DNA of 64,000 bases from Eledone cirrhosa. Lineage: Eukaryota. Each line of letters starts with the position of its first letter. Within the stretch, counting starts at the first letter, position 1. The notes beneath the pieces were generated by a model. That model searched no databases. It was not told the origin of the DNA and worked only from the letters and a program-made list of their open reading frames with translations. A program made the position numbers and the translations under genes. The DNA is taken from positions 17,794,001 to 17,858,000 of the forward strand of contig OZ024759.1 of NCBI GenBank assembly GCA_964016885.1, in the 5' to 3' direction. Below are positions 41,413 to 53,949 of this stretch, one piece after another.

Positions 41413-41835
41413 AGGGTTACGTGTCCGTAAGATTACTTAGATTGGCAGTTCCTGAAGAGGGTCTTGGAGGGCTCAAATGTCTGCTATAAACAAGCATTAC
41501 GCATCTGTCGAGGTTATAGTAAACAAAATCTGCCTATGCATAACAAGATGGCTACTTGTAGGAAATTTAGCTTATGAACATTATTATTCCTTACATTAAA
41601 CTGCAATTAATGTTGACACTCTTTAACTAACGTCTTCCATGTGAATTCTGTGGTCTTGAATATTTCCAGCTCTGTGCACCTAATCTCTGCATGAACCCAG
41701 TTCTCTAGCTGCTTCCCACTGCATATTGCACATTGAGCACATGCCTTTACGCTTTTGGCTTCTAACACCTTCACCAATCTCTCCTCTCCTATCTCCATCT
41801 CTCTATTAAAGGTTGGTTTACTCTTGAACTGTGTG

Positions 41836-41870
<35 letters not shown>

Positions 41871-41910
41871 GGTCTCCCCAAAATATATGTTGATATTTGT
41901 GATATATATA

Positions 41911-42012
41911 TACAGGGTGTCCCTCCAAAAATATATACACACTTCAACAGCATTCTAATATTGCCTGTACAGGTAATCAAAGTGTGCATACATTTTGGTG
42001 GAAAACCCTGTA
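41911..42012. mobile_element. About 100-bp Tc1/mariner-like MITE
   Basis: TA-CAGGGTGTCCCTCCAAAAATATATACACACTT ... AAGTGTGCATACATTTTGGTGGAAAACCCTG-TA. Confidence 0.7.
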
Positions 42013-42633
42013 TATTAACTTCAAAGTGAGGTTTCACATTTAAGTTCTTTATTGATTATATATAGTTACGACCATTTCACGAATGGGTGATTCAGGATCT
42101 ATGTAAATGCTATAAACCCGACTCCAGCTCAAACTGATCATTAGAGTCGTTCGTTAACCAAGCAAAGCCAGATGAGAAATGCTCATAACAGGGTATAATC
42201 GATAAAGATCTTAATATGAAACCTCACTTTGTTTTTCGTATATACACTTTGCCACAGAATGGAGTGTTGATATTAATTCCTCCCCCCAGTAAACCACGAA
42301 TCTACTGAACCACTTATTATATATATATATTTATTTATATATTTATTTATATATATTTATTTATTTATATATTTATTTATATATATATATTTATTTATAT
42401 TTATATATATATATTTATTTATATATATATTTATATATATATATTTATTTATATATATATTTATTTATATATATATTTATATATATATATTTATTTATAT
42501 ATATATTTATATATATATATTTATTTATATATATATTTATTTATATATATATTTATTTATATATATATTTATATATATATATTTATTTATATATATATAT
42601 TTTCCTGCACCTTTCCGACTGAATTACTTCATT

Positions 42634-42670
<37 letters not shown>

Positions 42671-42812
42671 CACAAATTTAAATAATTTTGAAAACCATAC
42701 AATGCACTAGAAAAAATTAAAATTACTAAGATAACAATAGAATCTTAGCTTAGCAAATTTGTTAATATTAAATTTGCTAAGCTAAGATTCTATTATTATC
42801 TTAGTAATTTTA

Positions 42813-42996
42813 GGGTGGTGGATTGGCAGTATCGGTAGAAAGGCGGACACGATACTTTGCAGCATAGTTACGTCCCTTTACGGTCTGAGTTCAAATCCCG
42901 GCGAGGTTAACTTTCATCCTTAAGGGGTCGATAAAATAAAGTACCAGTAATGCACTGGTGTAATTGCTGGCCTTGTGCCAAATGTAGAAACAATTA
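42813..42996 (+). mobile_element. SINE S1 with 13-bp TSD, inserted into a palindrome
   Basis: TSD CTTAGYAATTTTA at 42800 and 42998. Confidence 0.88.
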
Positions 42997-43101
42997 ACTT
43001 AGCAATTTTAATTTTTTCTAATGCATTGTATGGTTTACAAAATTATTTAAATTTGTGTTTCCTATTCAACAATGCTTCAAGCAAATTACAACACTCTGTT
43101 A

Positions 43102-43137
<36 letters not shown>

Positions 43138-43274
43138 AATCAAGAAAGAAGAGTGACATGGTTTGCTATACAATAATACTATCCAATACTCGGAGTACCC
43201 TAACTGGACTACATCTAAGTGGACTACCTATAACAATAATTTGTTATCCCGTATATATATATATATATATATAC

Positions 43275-43467
43275 GTTATTCCGGGTTGAATCGGAGGTAA
43301 CCACAGTAAGTAAGGTACTCAATACATAGCAGAGTATAACAGTTTTAATATAGATGAGATTCTACAGGACTAGAACTGTTTCATTCATTAGAAATCATCA
43401 GGAAACCTGATGATTTCTAATGAATGAAACAGTTCTAGTCCTGTAGAATCTCATCTATATTAAAACT
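43275..43467 (-). mobile_element. HHR cassette family H2 with a perfect 62-bp-arm palindrome carrying HHR cores on both strands
   Basis: Arms 43341-43402 and 43406-43467; minus HHR TTC-CTGATGA-T TTC TAAT GAA T-GAAA-CAG TTCTAGTC CT-GTA^GAA. Confidence 0.8.
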
Positions 43468-44594
43468 ATATATATATATATATATATATATATTTAAAAT
43501 AGAGGGGGCACAGAACAAACACATCAAAACACTTGATAAAAAGTCAAAGAAAGAGGCCAGGAATAGTTTTTAACCAGACTAATATTTCACCAAATCACAG
43601 GTGAGCATTTTAAGGGGAAGCGAAACTGGGTTATCAGCCAAAGGTGGGCATATCGATTATTGGATATAGATTTATTTAGAGTCAAATATTTGTCAAATGT
43701 GCACTTAAAATTACCTGCCCTCTGAAAATATTTATGGAAGGGTAATTTTAGCTACACAAAAATTACTGTGGAAGTATGTCGGTGAGCAGGTTGCAGACAA
43801 TACCACAAAAAATTCGAAACTGGGAAATTAACGATAATTATAACATAAATTTTCTATGTTTTTGAATGATTGTGATGTAATTGGATTCTTTTCAACAAAC
43901 ACACTGTCTCAGATCAGGTCAGCTGGCAGAAAAGTACAGCTCCGAAATTTGAAGATAACATAGTCTTTTATTATACTTTATATATTTTGTAGAAATAGCA
44001 AAAGAAAATTTATAGGTGCCTTAGAATTTTGGACAGTAGTGTATATTATTCAAACATTCACACATAGATGCACATTCACACACACACACACATTCACACA
44101 CACACACACAAACATATATATATATACACACACACACAGAGGTAGAGAAAGAGTGAGGATGAGGGAAAGATGTGGGTGTTTGTGTGTGGGCATATGTGTA
44201 TAGATAAAGCAATTCATATTTGGCATGCTAGAGATAAGGCGACATGACCTTCCAAGCATTGATAATCTGATGTCTTTGAGAAAACTTATTAAGTAAATTT
44301 GGCAAGAAAAAAAAAAAAATGAAAGGGAAGACTTATGTGTGTGTATACATGTGTGTGTGTATACATGTGTGTGTATACATATGTGTGTATATACACACAA
44401 GCTTAAGGAAAATACCTAGGAGTATTATTATGTCTCGCTTGTGTGTGAGTGCATGTATATATGTCTGTATACACACACACACATATATATATATACACAT
44501 ATACATTTGAACATATGCATATACACACACACGTTTTTCTATCTATATATATATATATACATATAAGCATATACATATACATTCATATATAGCA

Positions 44595-44636
<42 letters not shown>

Positions 44637-45299
44637 TATGCATATATGTACACAATGTAGTGATTAGTACTGCAGATTAAATGTGTCGTGATATTCATTT
44701 CTTCTCTCTGTACTCTGAGTTCAAATCCTGCAGGGGTCAACACTGCATGTCATTCTTTGAGGGTCAATAAATGAAGGGCAGATTGTACGACGTGTACGTG
44801 TGTGAATGTGCGTCTATGTGTGAATGTCCAAAATTCTAACGCGCCAATAAACTTTCTCGTCAATTCCTCGTCTAACCCATGCTAGCATGGAAAATAGACG
44901 TTAAACAATGATGATGAGGCTGACAACAACAATTTGATATAAAACCAAATCTCAGATGTCCATCTTAGAGCAGAACTTTCCAGATACAGATCCATAAACG
45001 ACCCCTCCCCCCCCTCGATTCACATGCATGCACATGTGCATACTCATAGACTGGTTGAGTTAACAGAGGCAACAGGGTTTAGTAATTGAATGGAAACAAA
45101 ATGGTGTTTGAGGAGATACTTTAGTCTTATCAAGCATGTGACAACCTCCCTAGCTGCGGCATCATACTGGGTCGCACCCAGCACACTCTGTAAACTTGTA
45201 GTGCTGGTACCATGATATAAAATCCATCCAGTACACTCTGTATAAAATAATAATGCTAATTGTTTCTACTTTTCGGCACAGGGCTAGCAATTACCCAGT

Positions 45300-47545
45300 A
45301 ATGATAATAATGAAATTATTGTGTAAAGTGCTCAGTTGCACTACAGCTCGTCAAAGGTGCATGTATAGTACATAGAATAATATACAAATGTCAGGGAAGT
45401 GAATAGTGTATGAGTCATGATATACATGTGTGTATGTGTATGGAAGGGGAACATTAGGTGTAGTGTTGGCGAATCTCAGGAAGCATGGAGGTTTTAAAGG
45501 ATGCAGTATCTCGACAGCTAACAACTGATGCAGGTAGTTTGTTCCATGGAAGTTTTAAAGGATGCAGTGTCTCGACCGCTAACAACTGATGCAGGTAGTT
45601 TGTTCCATGGAGGTTTTAAAGGATGCAGTGTCTCGACAGCTAACAACTGATGCAGGTAGTTTGTTCCATGGAAGTTTTAAAGGATGCAGTGTCTCGACAG
45701 CTAACAACTGATGCAGGTAGTTTGTTCCATGGAGGTTTTAAAGGATGCAGTGTCTCGACAGCTAACAACTGATGCAGGTAGTTTGTTCCATGGAAGTTTT
45801 AAAGTATGCAGTGTCTCGACAGCTAACAACTGATGCAGGTAGTTTGTTCCATGGAGGTTTTAAAGTATGCAGTGTCTCGACAGCTAACAACTGATGCAGG
45901 TAGTTTGTTCCATGGAGGTTTTAAAGGATGCAGTGTCTCGACAGCTAACAACTGATGCAGGTAGTTTGTTCCATGGAAGTTTTAAAGGATGCAGTGTCTC
46001 GACAGCTAACAACTGATACAGGTAGTTTGTTCCATGGAGGTTTTAAAGTATGCAGTGTCTCGACAGCTAACAACTGATGCAGGTAGTTTGTTCCATGGAG
46101 GTTTTAAAGTATGCAGTGTCTCGACAGCTAACAACTGATGCAGGTAGTTTGTTCCATGGAGGTTTTAAAGGATGCAGTATCTCAACAGCTAACAACTGAT
46201 GCAGGTAGTTTGTTCCATGGAAGTTTTAAAGGATGCAGTGTCTCGACAGCTAACAACTGATGCAGGTAGTTTGTTCCATGGAAGTTTTAAAGGATGCAGT
46301 GTCTCGACAGCTAACAACTGATGCAGGTAGTTTGTTCCATGGAGGTTTTAAAGGATGCAGTGTCTCGACAGCTAACAACTGATGCAGGTAGTTTGTTCCA
46401 TGGAAGTTTTAAAGTATGCAGTGTCTCGACAGCTAACAACTGATGCAGGTAGTTTGTTCCATGGAGGTTTTAAAGTATGCAGTGTCTCGACAGCTAACAA
46501 CTGATGCAGGTAGTTTGTTCCATGGAGGTTTTAAAGGATGCAGTGTCTCGACAGCTAACAACTGATGCAGGTAGTTTGTTCCATGGAAGTTTTAAAGGAT
46601 GCAGTGTCTCGACAGCTAACAACTGATGCAGGTAGTTTGTTCCATGGAAGTTTTAAAGGATGCAGTGTCTCGACAGCTAACAACTGATGCAGGTAGTTTG
46701 TTCCATGGAGGTTTTAAAGGATGCAGTGTCTCGACAGCTAACAACTGATGCAGGTAGTTTGTTCCATGGAAGTTTTAAAGGATGCAGTGTCTCGACAGCT
46801 AACAACTGATGCAGGTAGTTTGTTCCATGGAAGTTTTAAAGGATGCAGTGTCTCGACAGCTAACAACTGATGCAGGTAGTTTGTTCCATGGAAGTTTTAA
46901 AGGATGCAGTGTCTCGACAGCTAACAACTGATGCAGGTAGTTTGTTCCATGGAGGTTTTAAAGGATGCAGTGTCTCGACAGCTAACAACTGATGCAGGTA
47001 GTTTGTTCCATGGAAGTTTTAAAGTATGCAGTGTCTCGACAGCTAACAACTGATGCAGGTAGTTTGTTCCATGGAGGTTTTAAAGTATGCAGTGTCTCGA
47101 CAGCTAACAACTGATGCAGGTAGTTTGTTCCATGGAAGTTTTAAAGGATGCAGTGTCTCGACAGCTAACAACTGATGCAGGTAGTTTGTTCCATGGAGGT
47201 TTTAAAGGATGCAGTGTCTCGACAGCTAACAACTGATGCAGGTAGTTTGTTCCATGGAAGTTTTAAAGGATGCAGTGTCTCGACAGCTAACAACTGATGC
47301 AGGTAGTTTGTTCCATGGAGGTTTTAAAGTATGCAGTGTCCCAACAGCTAACAACTGATGCAGGTAGTTTGTTCCATGGAGGTTTTAAAGTATGCAGTGT
47401 CTCGACAGCTAACAACTGATGCAGGTAGTTTGTTCCATGCTTCAGCAACTCTGAGCGTGAAAAAATGTTTTCGAAAGTCATGGGAATTGTGCTGTTTTCT
47501 GACTTTGTGGGCATGCCCACGTGTGTTAGACACATGGAGGAGTAT
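45300..47545 (-). mobile_element. CR1-like LINE 3' end
   Basis: NTRGHAHKVRKQH..HDFRKHFFTLRVAEAWNKLPASVVSC...FKTSMLPEIRQHYT* followed by 3'UTR. Confidence 0.82.
45484..47439. repeat. 61-bp minisatellite, 32 units, inside the CR1-like ORF
   Basis: CATGGAGGTTTTAAAGGATGCAGTGTCTCGACAGCTAACAACTGATGCAGGTAGTTTGTTC; CATG at 45484 and 47436 (1952 = 32 x 61). Confidence 0.97.
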
Positions 47546-47692
47546 TAGAAAGGACATTCAGATGAGGAAACTATGTCAAACATGGATTGTTATCGGTGAA
47601 AGAAGTTCACTGCAACCTGTCTAATCACAGACCATGACACAACATTTAACCTCATGACAATGATGAGGATGATGATAGTATATATATATATA

Positions 47693-47883
47693 TAATATAG
47701 AAATAGCCTCTACAGGAATAAAAGTGTTTCATTCGGGAGAAATCATCAGGAAACCCTGATGATTTCTTCTGAATGAAACAGTTATAGTCCTGTAGAAGCC
47801 ATTTCCATATTAAATATTTATACTCTGCTATGTATTGAGTACCTTACTTACTGCAGTTACCCCCGATTGATCCTGGAATAAAC
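47693..47883 (+). mobile_element. HHR cassette family H2, inverted arms
   Basis: CTGATGA at 47756, GAAA at 47775, GTA at 47792; inverted diverged copy 47693-47750. Confidence 0.75.
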
Positions 47884-48119
47884 ATATATATATATATGTT
47901 TATATATATATATATATTGTTATACTTGGGGAGGGTCATATTTGTGTAATATTGCCAGAATTAATAACAGAACACACTCACTGTTTGGTTGGTTTTCGCT
48001 TCTGTGTCTTTTATATCGGTAATCTAATTTATTCGGTCCTCAATGTTGCCATTGACTGACCAATGGTAAAAAATAATACAGATACAATATAGACACAAAC
48101 ACATATATATAGTTTATCA

Positions 48120-48600
48120 AAGTTCATTCATTGCACATCTGCAACATCGTCAGTGGTGCTATTGTTTCCTCCCGTTGCATTGTATTTTCTACGCCATCTT
48201 TATTTAGTCTGTTTATATATTTATTTATTTGTTTATTTTATTTTGTCTTCTTTGCGTTTGCGTGTGTGTATAGTGTTTTGTTTGATGTGTGTTCGTGATT
48301 GGGTGACTGTGTATTGGTTAATGTATTCTATCTTTACTAGTGTGTGTTTATATGTGTTTGTTGTTATTGTGCTTGTGAATGTATTTATTTATTTATTTAT
48401 CTATTTATTTATTTATACTTCTTTTAGGTCAGTGTTGTTTGTTTGGTGTTGTTGTTATTCCATTCATTCTTTCTGTTTAGCCTTGGCCTTCTAAGTTCTA
48501 TTTCTGGCCTATCTGCTGGGTCATTTCTATCATTAGATATTATTCTAATTTCTATGTTGTCTATGTTACCGTCGGGTTGTTGTCTGGCATGTTCGTATAG
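48120..48600 (-). mobile_element. PLE 3' remnant: GIY-YIG-like C-terminus plus half HHR
   Basis: LYEH...IEIRIISND...EIELRRPRLNRK; downstream CTGACGA-T-GTTGCA GATG TGCAAT-GAAT at 48153-48126. Confidence 0.5.
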
Positions 48601-48624
48601 TACATATATATATATATATATATG

Positions 48625-48797
48625 CAGAGGTTATATTTAATTTGTTGGGATTCAACAAGCTTAAACATTTTTATAACTGATATAAAGCACTCAACAAGTT
48701 AGTGGAGTAAATATACAATACCTTGGTCGCCCTTAAAATATATATAATAAAATAATTATGGTTTTATAAATATAGTTTCCATTTATTAATATATTGT
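48625..48797. mobile_element. Family H1 cassette, internally deleted
   Basis: Homology to 28252 and 52901 copies; retains ttggt..cctt-AAAA-tatatata-ataaaata. Confidence 0.65.
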
Positions 48798-48814
48798 ATA
48801 TATATATATAATAT

Positions 48815-48878
<64 letters not shown>

Positions 48879-48891
48879 TGTGTAATATATA

Positions 48892-48931
<40 letters not shown>

Positions 48932-49022
48932 TATGAATGTGTAATATATGTATATATATATATAACACATATGTATGTAAATATATATATATATATATAT
49001 TACACATTTATATGCACGTATG

Positions 49023-49064
<42 letters not shown>

Positions 49065-49155
49065 TATGAATGTGTAATATATGTGTATATATATATAACA
49101 CATTTATATGTATGTAAATATATATATATATATTACACATTTATATGCACGTATG

Positions 49156-49190
<35 letters not shown>

Positions 49191-49200
49191 CATATTCATA

Positions 49201-49266
<66 letters not shown>

Positions 49267-49283
49267 TATATTACATATTCATA

Positions 49284-49327
<44 letters not shown>

Positions 49328-49337
49328 TATATTACAC

Positions 49338-49377
<40 letters not shown>

Positions 49378-49420
49378 CACATTTATATGCATATATGTAT
49401 GTATATATATTTATATATAA
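48797..49420. repeat. Compound (TA)n tract
   Basis: TA runs with repeated tacacatt / gaatgtgtaa interruptions. Confidence 0.9.
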
Positions 49421-51278
49421 AACAGGCATATATAAATCAAAATAAAATCTCAATTTTGTTGTTCAATGGAAATTAGATGCAAAAAAAATCATATGCCAGA
49501 TCATACTCACATGTTAATATGTGAGAAGCAACAATAAATATATATTTTTAACACATATGACATGGGATAAAATAATTATACCTATATAGCTGTTTCAAAT
49601 CACATCGAAAAAAAATATACTAATTACCATAGTTTATATAAACATAATAATTAGCCACTAAAAGACATAGCTTTCATCGGTAGGTATGTCTTTTAGTGCT
49701 ACAAAATATAAGTTATCCATTGAAATTACAATTCTAAAATACAGCAGCTCTTCTCCTGTACATAGGTATTGGTTCCAATCTTATGTAGCAGAGTTGTGGA
49801 TTGGCAGGAGCAGTAGAACATTAGGTAACATGCTTTGCAGCATATAGTTATGTCTTTTTATGTTCTGAGTTCAAATCCTGGTGAGGTTACCTTTGCCTGT
49901 CATCCCTACGGGGTCGACAAAATAAAGTACCAGTAATGCACTGGGGTTGATTTAATCGACTTTCCTATTCCCAAAAGTTGATCCAGCGCATAGGTCGATC
50001 CCTAAAATTCTAAGGTGTAACTCAGGTTTAGGCCTATATTCGTGGTATAAGATGACACCCCAAAAATAAGGCAGTACCATCTCCCCAGTCCTAGATGTGT
50101 TTGCCATTGTTTATTTAAAGATGAAATAAAGTACCAGTAATGCACTGGCGTCTATTTAATTGACTTTCCCATTCCCCAAAATTGTTGGCCTTGTGCCTAA
50201 ATCAGAAACCAGTCTTGTGTAACAGGCTAACAGAATTGCTCTCCTTTCTTGTATTTTATCTTTCATTTTGTTTTCAGAGGGTGCTGTAGATTGTGTGAAG
50301 TCTTGTGTAAAATGTAGAAAATAAACAGCATAAAACTAAACACTGGAAAAAAAACAACAAAAAAACAAAAACAAAACAATACAGTATCTTGTTTGAAGGC
50401 TACCACAGTGTGAATTTGATGGTAAATGTTAAAAATATGATGATAACAAAGATGTCAGGATGTTATCATGCAGTTCTTTATAGCCCTATATATTTCGGAA
50501 TAAAAGCCTTCATCAACAGATAGATAGAAAAAAAAAGTATTTCAAAAACCATTTACCATCCGATTCACATAGTGGTAGCTTTCAAACAAAATACTGTTTG
50601 TTTTTTGTCATTTAAAAAAAAAGGTTTTCCCATTTTTTTTTAATGCTTTCTGCTATTTATTTGATAATTTTCCCCCCCACTCATCTCTCTCTTTCTCTCC
50701 CCCTCCCTCCCTTTCTCTCATTTGTATCTTTTGTTTGTTTTACAAGTTTACAAAAGAAATCTTGGTCTTAGCAAAAAAAAAGCTGATACCTTCATAAGTC
50801 TTAGGATGTTTGGAAAGAAAATATAATTCAGCTTTATTAATCAATAGATTTATGTAGAAGTAGAGTTATCAGTTGAAAGAGGAAACTAGATTCTATAGAA
50901 TTTTCTGAAGTAGAAACGAGATTATTATTCATGTCTATACAAAACAGTTCTTCCTTCTTAGTCAACAAAAAGCCCTTTAAGACATTCTCTATATATCTAC
51001 CCTGTTACACAAACTGTTTCATTTTTTTTTTCATTTTTAATTAATTTCTTCCTTTAACCGTTTTGATACCAAACTATATTTCATTTTTACCAGCTGAGTG
51101 TGGGCTGGAGCAATGTAAAATAAAGTGTCTTGTTCAAGACTGCAATGTGCCTCTGGGAATTGAACTCACAATAGAGAAAACAGTAAATATATTGGGTGTT
51201 GCAGCTACCACTATACCACCTCACTCTCTCTCTCTCTCTCATTCCTTCTCTCCTTCCTTCTCTCCCTCCCAATCCCCC

Positions 51279-51314
<36 letters not shown>

Positions 51315-51599
51315 GTTATGTAAACTTCCCCCTTTGTATTTGTCCCCTTCTGTTGTGCCCCTGTGGCTAATAAAGAAACATATCTATCTAGTTATGTCAA
51401 TAGAAAGCTATATATAGAAAAAAAGGTTTTTTGGCAAAGGGTGCCATTATTAGAATTTAACTCAGAGCCTGTTGTTTGAGAAGCAAACTTCATAACCACA
51501 TGACTCTCTCTCTCTCCTTTAACAGAAAGCTATATATATATATATGCTGTGCTGAATAGGATCCGTCCCACCTTTGTAAGCAGGGAAAAGCGGACGTAA

Positions 51600-51781
51600 A
51601 ATAATTGTTTCTACTTTTAGGCACAAGGCCAGCAATTACCCAGTGTATTACTGGTACTTTATTTTATCAACCCCGTAAGGATGAAAGGCAAAGTCAACCT
51701 CGGCGGGATTTGAACTCAGATCGTAAAGGGACGTAACTATGCTGCAAAGCATGGCGTCCGACCATCTACCGATACTGCCAA
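51600..51781 (-). mobile_element. SINE S1
   Basis: Near-identical to 16272 copy; abuts an RTE-B terminal fragment at 51545-51600. Confidence 0.88.
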
Positions 51782-52515
51782 GCCAAATAATGTGTGTGTA
51801 TATGTGTGTTTGGGAGCGTGTCTGTCTTTGTGCCTCTCTGTACGGACAGTGTGTGTGTGCGCGTGACTATGTATATGTCTGTACGTGTTTGTGTATATGA
51901 GTAGATGTATGCGTATGCATGTGTGTGCCCTTGTATGCGTGTGCATGTGTGTGTGCGTGCATGTACGTGCATGTGAGAGCTGATGTTCGAGGGCATGTAG
52001 GCAGGTGCCTGTGGACGCGTATGTTGGGCGTGTGTGTGTGTATGTGAGTGTGTGTGTATATAGGTGTGTATATATACATATGTGTGTATAGATATGTGTA
52101 TGTATATATGTGTGCGCGTGTGTGTGTGTGTCTGTATGTGTGTGTATATGTGTGTATGTGTGTGTGTGAGTGACTTGTGAAATACAAAACCCAGTATGAA
52201 TTCATTGAAGTGTGTCGGACCGAGCGTAGCTGATGGGCAGTATGGCAGCAACTATTGGCCAGAATTTATGATGACATAGAAAAACAACAGCCAACAGCAG
52301 GACAAGCGAGGAAGATGTTTTTTGAAGCTAACTCCCCAGCGAGAAAATTTGTTCCAAAATTATTGCCAGTGTCCGACGAACCTGCAGTTCTAGAATCAGA
52401 CAGATCCATACAATGATCGTGTCTTGAGCTGTCTGCTGGCGAAACAATTGTTACACACAATAAATTTAGTCCAGATGCATCACTGATTTTTCGTTTTATA
52501 TTATATATATATATA

Positions 52516-52808
52516 TATAAAGAAAAAGAGATGAAACCGAAAATGCAACTGGAGTCTTATTTTTTTTTTAAATATATATATTTATTTGGTTCCTTTACCG
52601 GTTTTGCAGTTCTTCTGCTTTTCAAAAGGTGAGTTGAGATGGAGGGTCTGTGGTTTTTCTCACAGAAAAACCACAGACCCTCCATCTCAACTCACCTTTT
52701 GAAAAGCAGAAGAACTGCAAAACCGGTAAAGGAACCAAATAAATATATATATTTAAAAAAAAAATAAGACTCCAGTTGCATTTTCGATTTCATCTCTTTT
52801 TCTTTATA
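52516..52808. repeat. 145-bp-arm near-perfect palindrome containing a decayed minimal HHR
   Basis: Centre CAC 52661-52663; one mismatch seen; CCTT-TTGAAAA-GCAG AAGAA CTGC-AAAA-CCG-GTA^-AAGG at 52695-52732. Confidence 0.85.
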
Positions 52809-52863
52809 CTTTCACTCGTGTAGGACACCTCGGTTATTTTTCATTTTGTAAAAAAAACCTCAC

Positions 52864-52900
<37 letters not shown>

Positions 52901-52902
<2 letters not shown>

Positions 52903-53441
52903 TAGAAGGGATATTTAATTTGTTGGAAATTCAACAAATATAAATGTTTATAAGATTCAGAGCACTCAACAGGTTTCTGGAGTAAGTATTCAATGATATT
53001 AAATAAATGGAAACTATATTTATAAAACCATATTTATTCTATTATATATATTTCAAGGGTACCAAATAAAACTTTGGTACGCTTTCATCAGATAAAATAC
53101 AAAGTATGTTTAATAAATGGAGACATACCCAGGAAAATCATACCTTATCAGTTAAATATTCCCTATACAGGGAATAGGGAATATTTAACTGATAAGGTAT
53201 GATTTTCATACGAAAATCATTTTCATATGAAAATCATACCTTATCAGTTAAATATTCCCTATCCAGGGAATATTTAACTGATAAGGTATGATTTTCCTGG
53301 GGATGTATCCATTTATAAAACAAACTTTGTATTTTATCTGATGGAAGCGTACCAAAGTTTTATTTGGAACCCTTGATATATATATAATAGAATAAATATG
53401 GTTTTATAAATATAGTTTCCATTTATTTAATATCATTGAAT
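52901..53441. mobile_element. Family H1 cassette with long inverted arms and nested hairpins
   Basis: Arms from 52988 to 53441; intact HHR on minus strand, mutated HHR on plus strand (CTGATGG, GATA). Confidence 0.8.
53035..53099 (-). ncRNA. Type I hammerhead ribozyme motif, intact core
   Basis: TATTTTAT-CTGATGA-AAG c GTACCAAA gtttta TTTGGTAC c CTT-GAAA-TATAT-ATA^-ATAGAATA. Confidence 0.8.
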
Positions 53442-53949
53442 TATATATATATGTATGTTTCTTGGTAATGGAGGCCCTTGTATTAGGATTGAACTCAAAA
53501 CCTGTTGTTTCTGAAGCAGATTTATTAACCACATGTCCAAAGCTGTGCCTACATCTGAATATTCTATTTTGTTTGTATATTTATTTAGAAAAATTAATAA
53601 ATTATAATATGACTCTCTTGGTAATAAATATCACTGTTAGCTAGTGACAGTTAGTTTTGTCTCTGTTTGTGTAAGTGTGGAGTAAGTGGGAGCACAGGAG
53701 AGATAAACAGATGTGTGTTTAATGTATTGAGAGTGGAAGGTGGGTAGGAAGGTAGGTAAGTTGGTGGCTGGGTGGAAGAAATAGAAGGGGAGATGAGGTA
53801 AAGCAGAGAGAGGAGAAGAATGAATGTTTTACGAAGAAGAAATAGAAAGAAGGTGTGTGAGGAGGCTAAGGCATAATCGTGTGGGAGTAGGGATGGAGAA
53901 TTTTGAAACATTTATTTACTTTTCGTGTGTGTGTGTGTTTGAGAGAAAG

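Noticed and set aside
41443-41486. HHR-like CTGAAGA-hairpin-AAATGTC
   Set aside because: G of GAAA and stem III missing; stem I needs a 4-nt bulge. Too degenerate to call.
41607-41830. Non-repetitive minus-strand frame (…CAQCAICSGKQLENW…)
   Set aside because: No recognisable family or convincing splice context; cannot be called a host exon.
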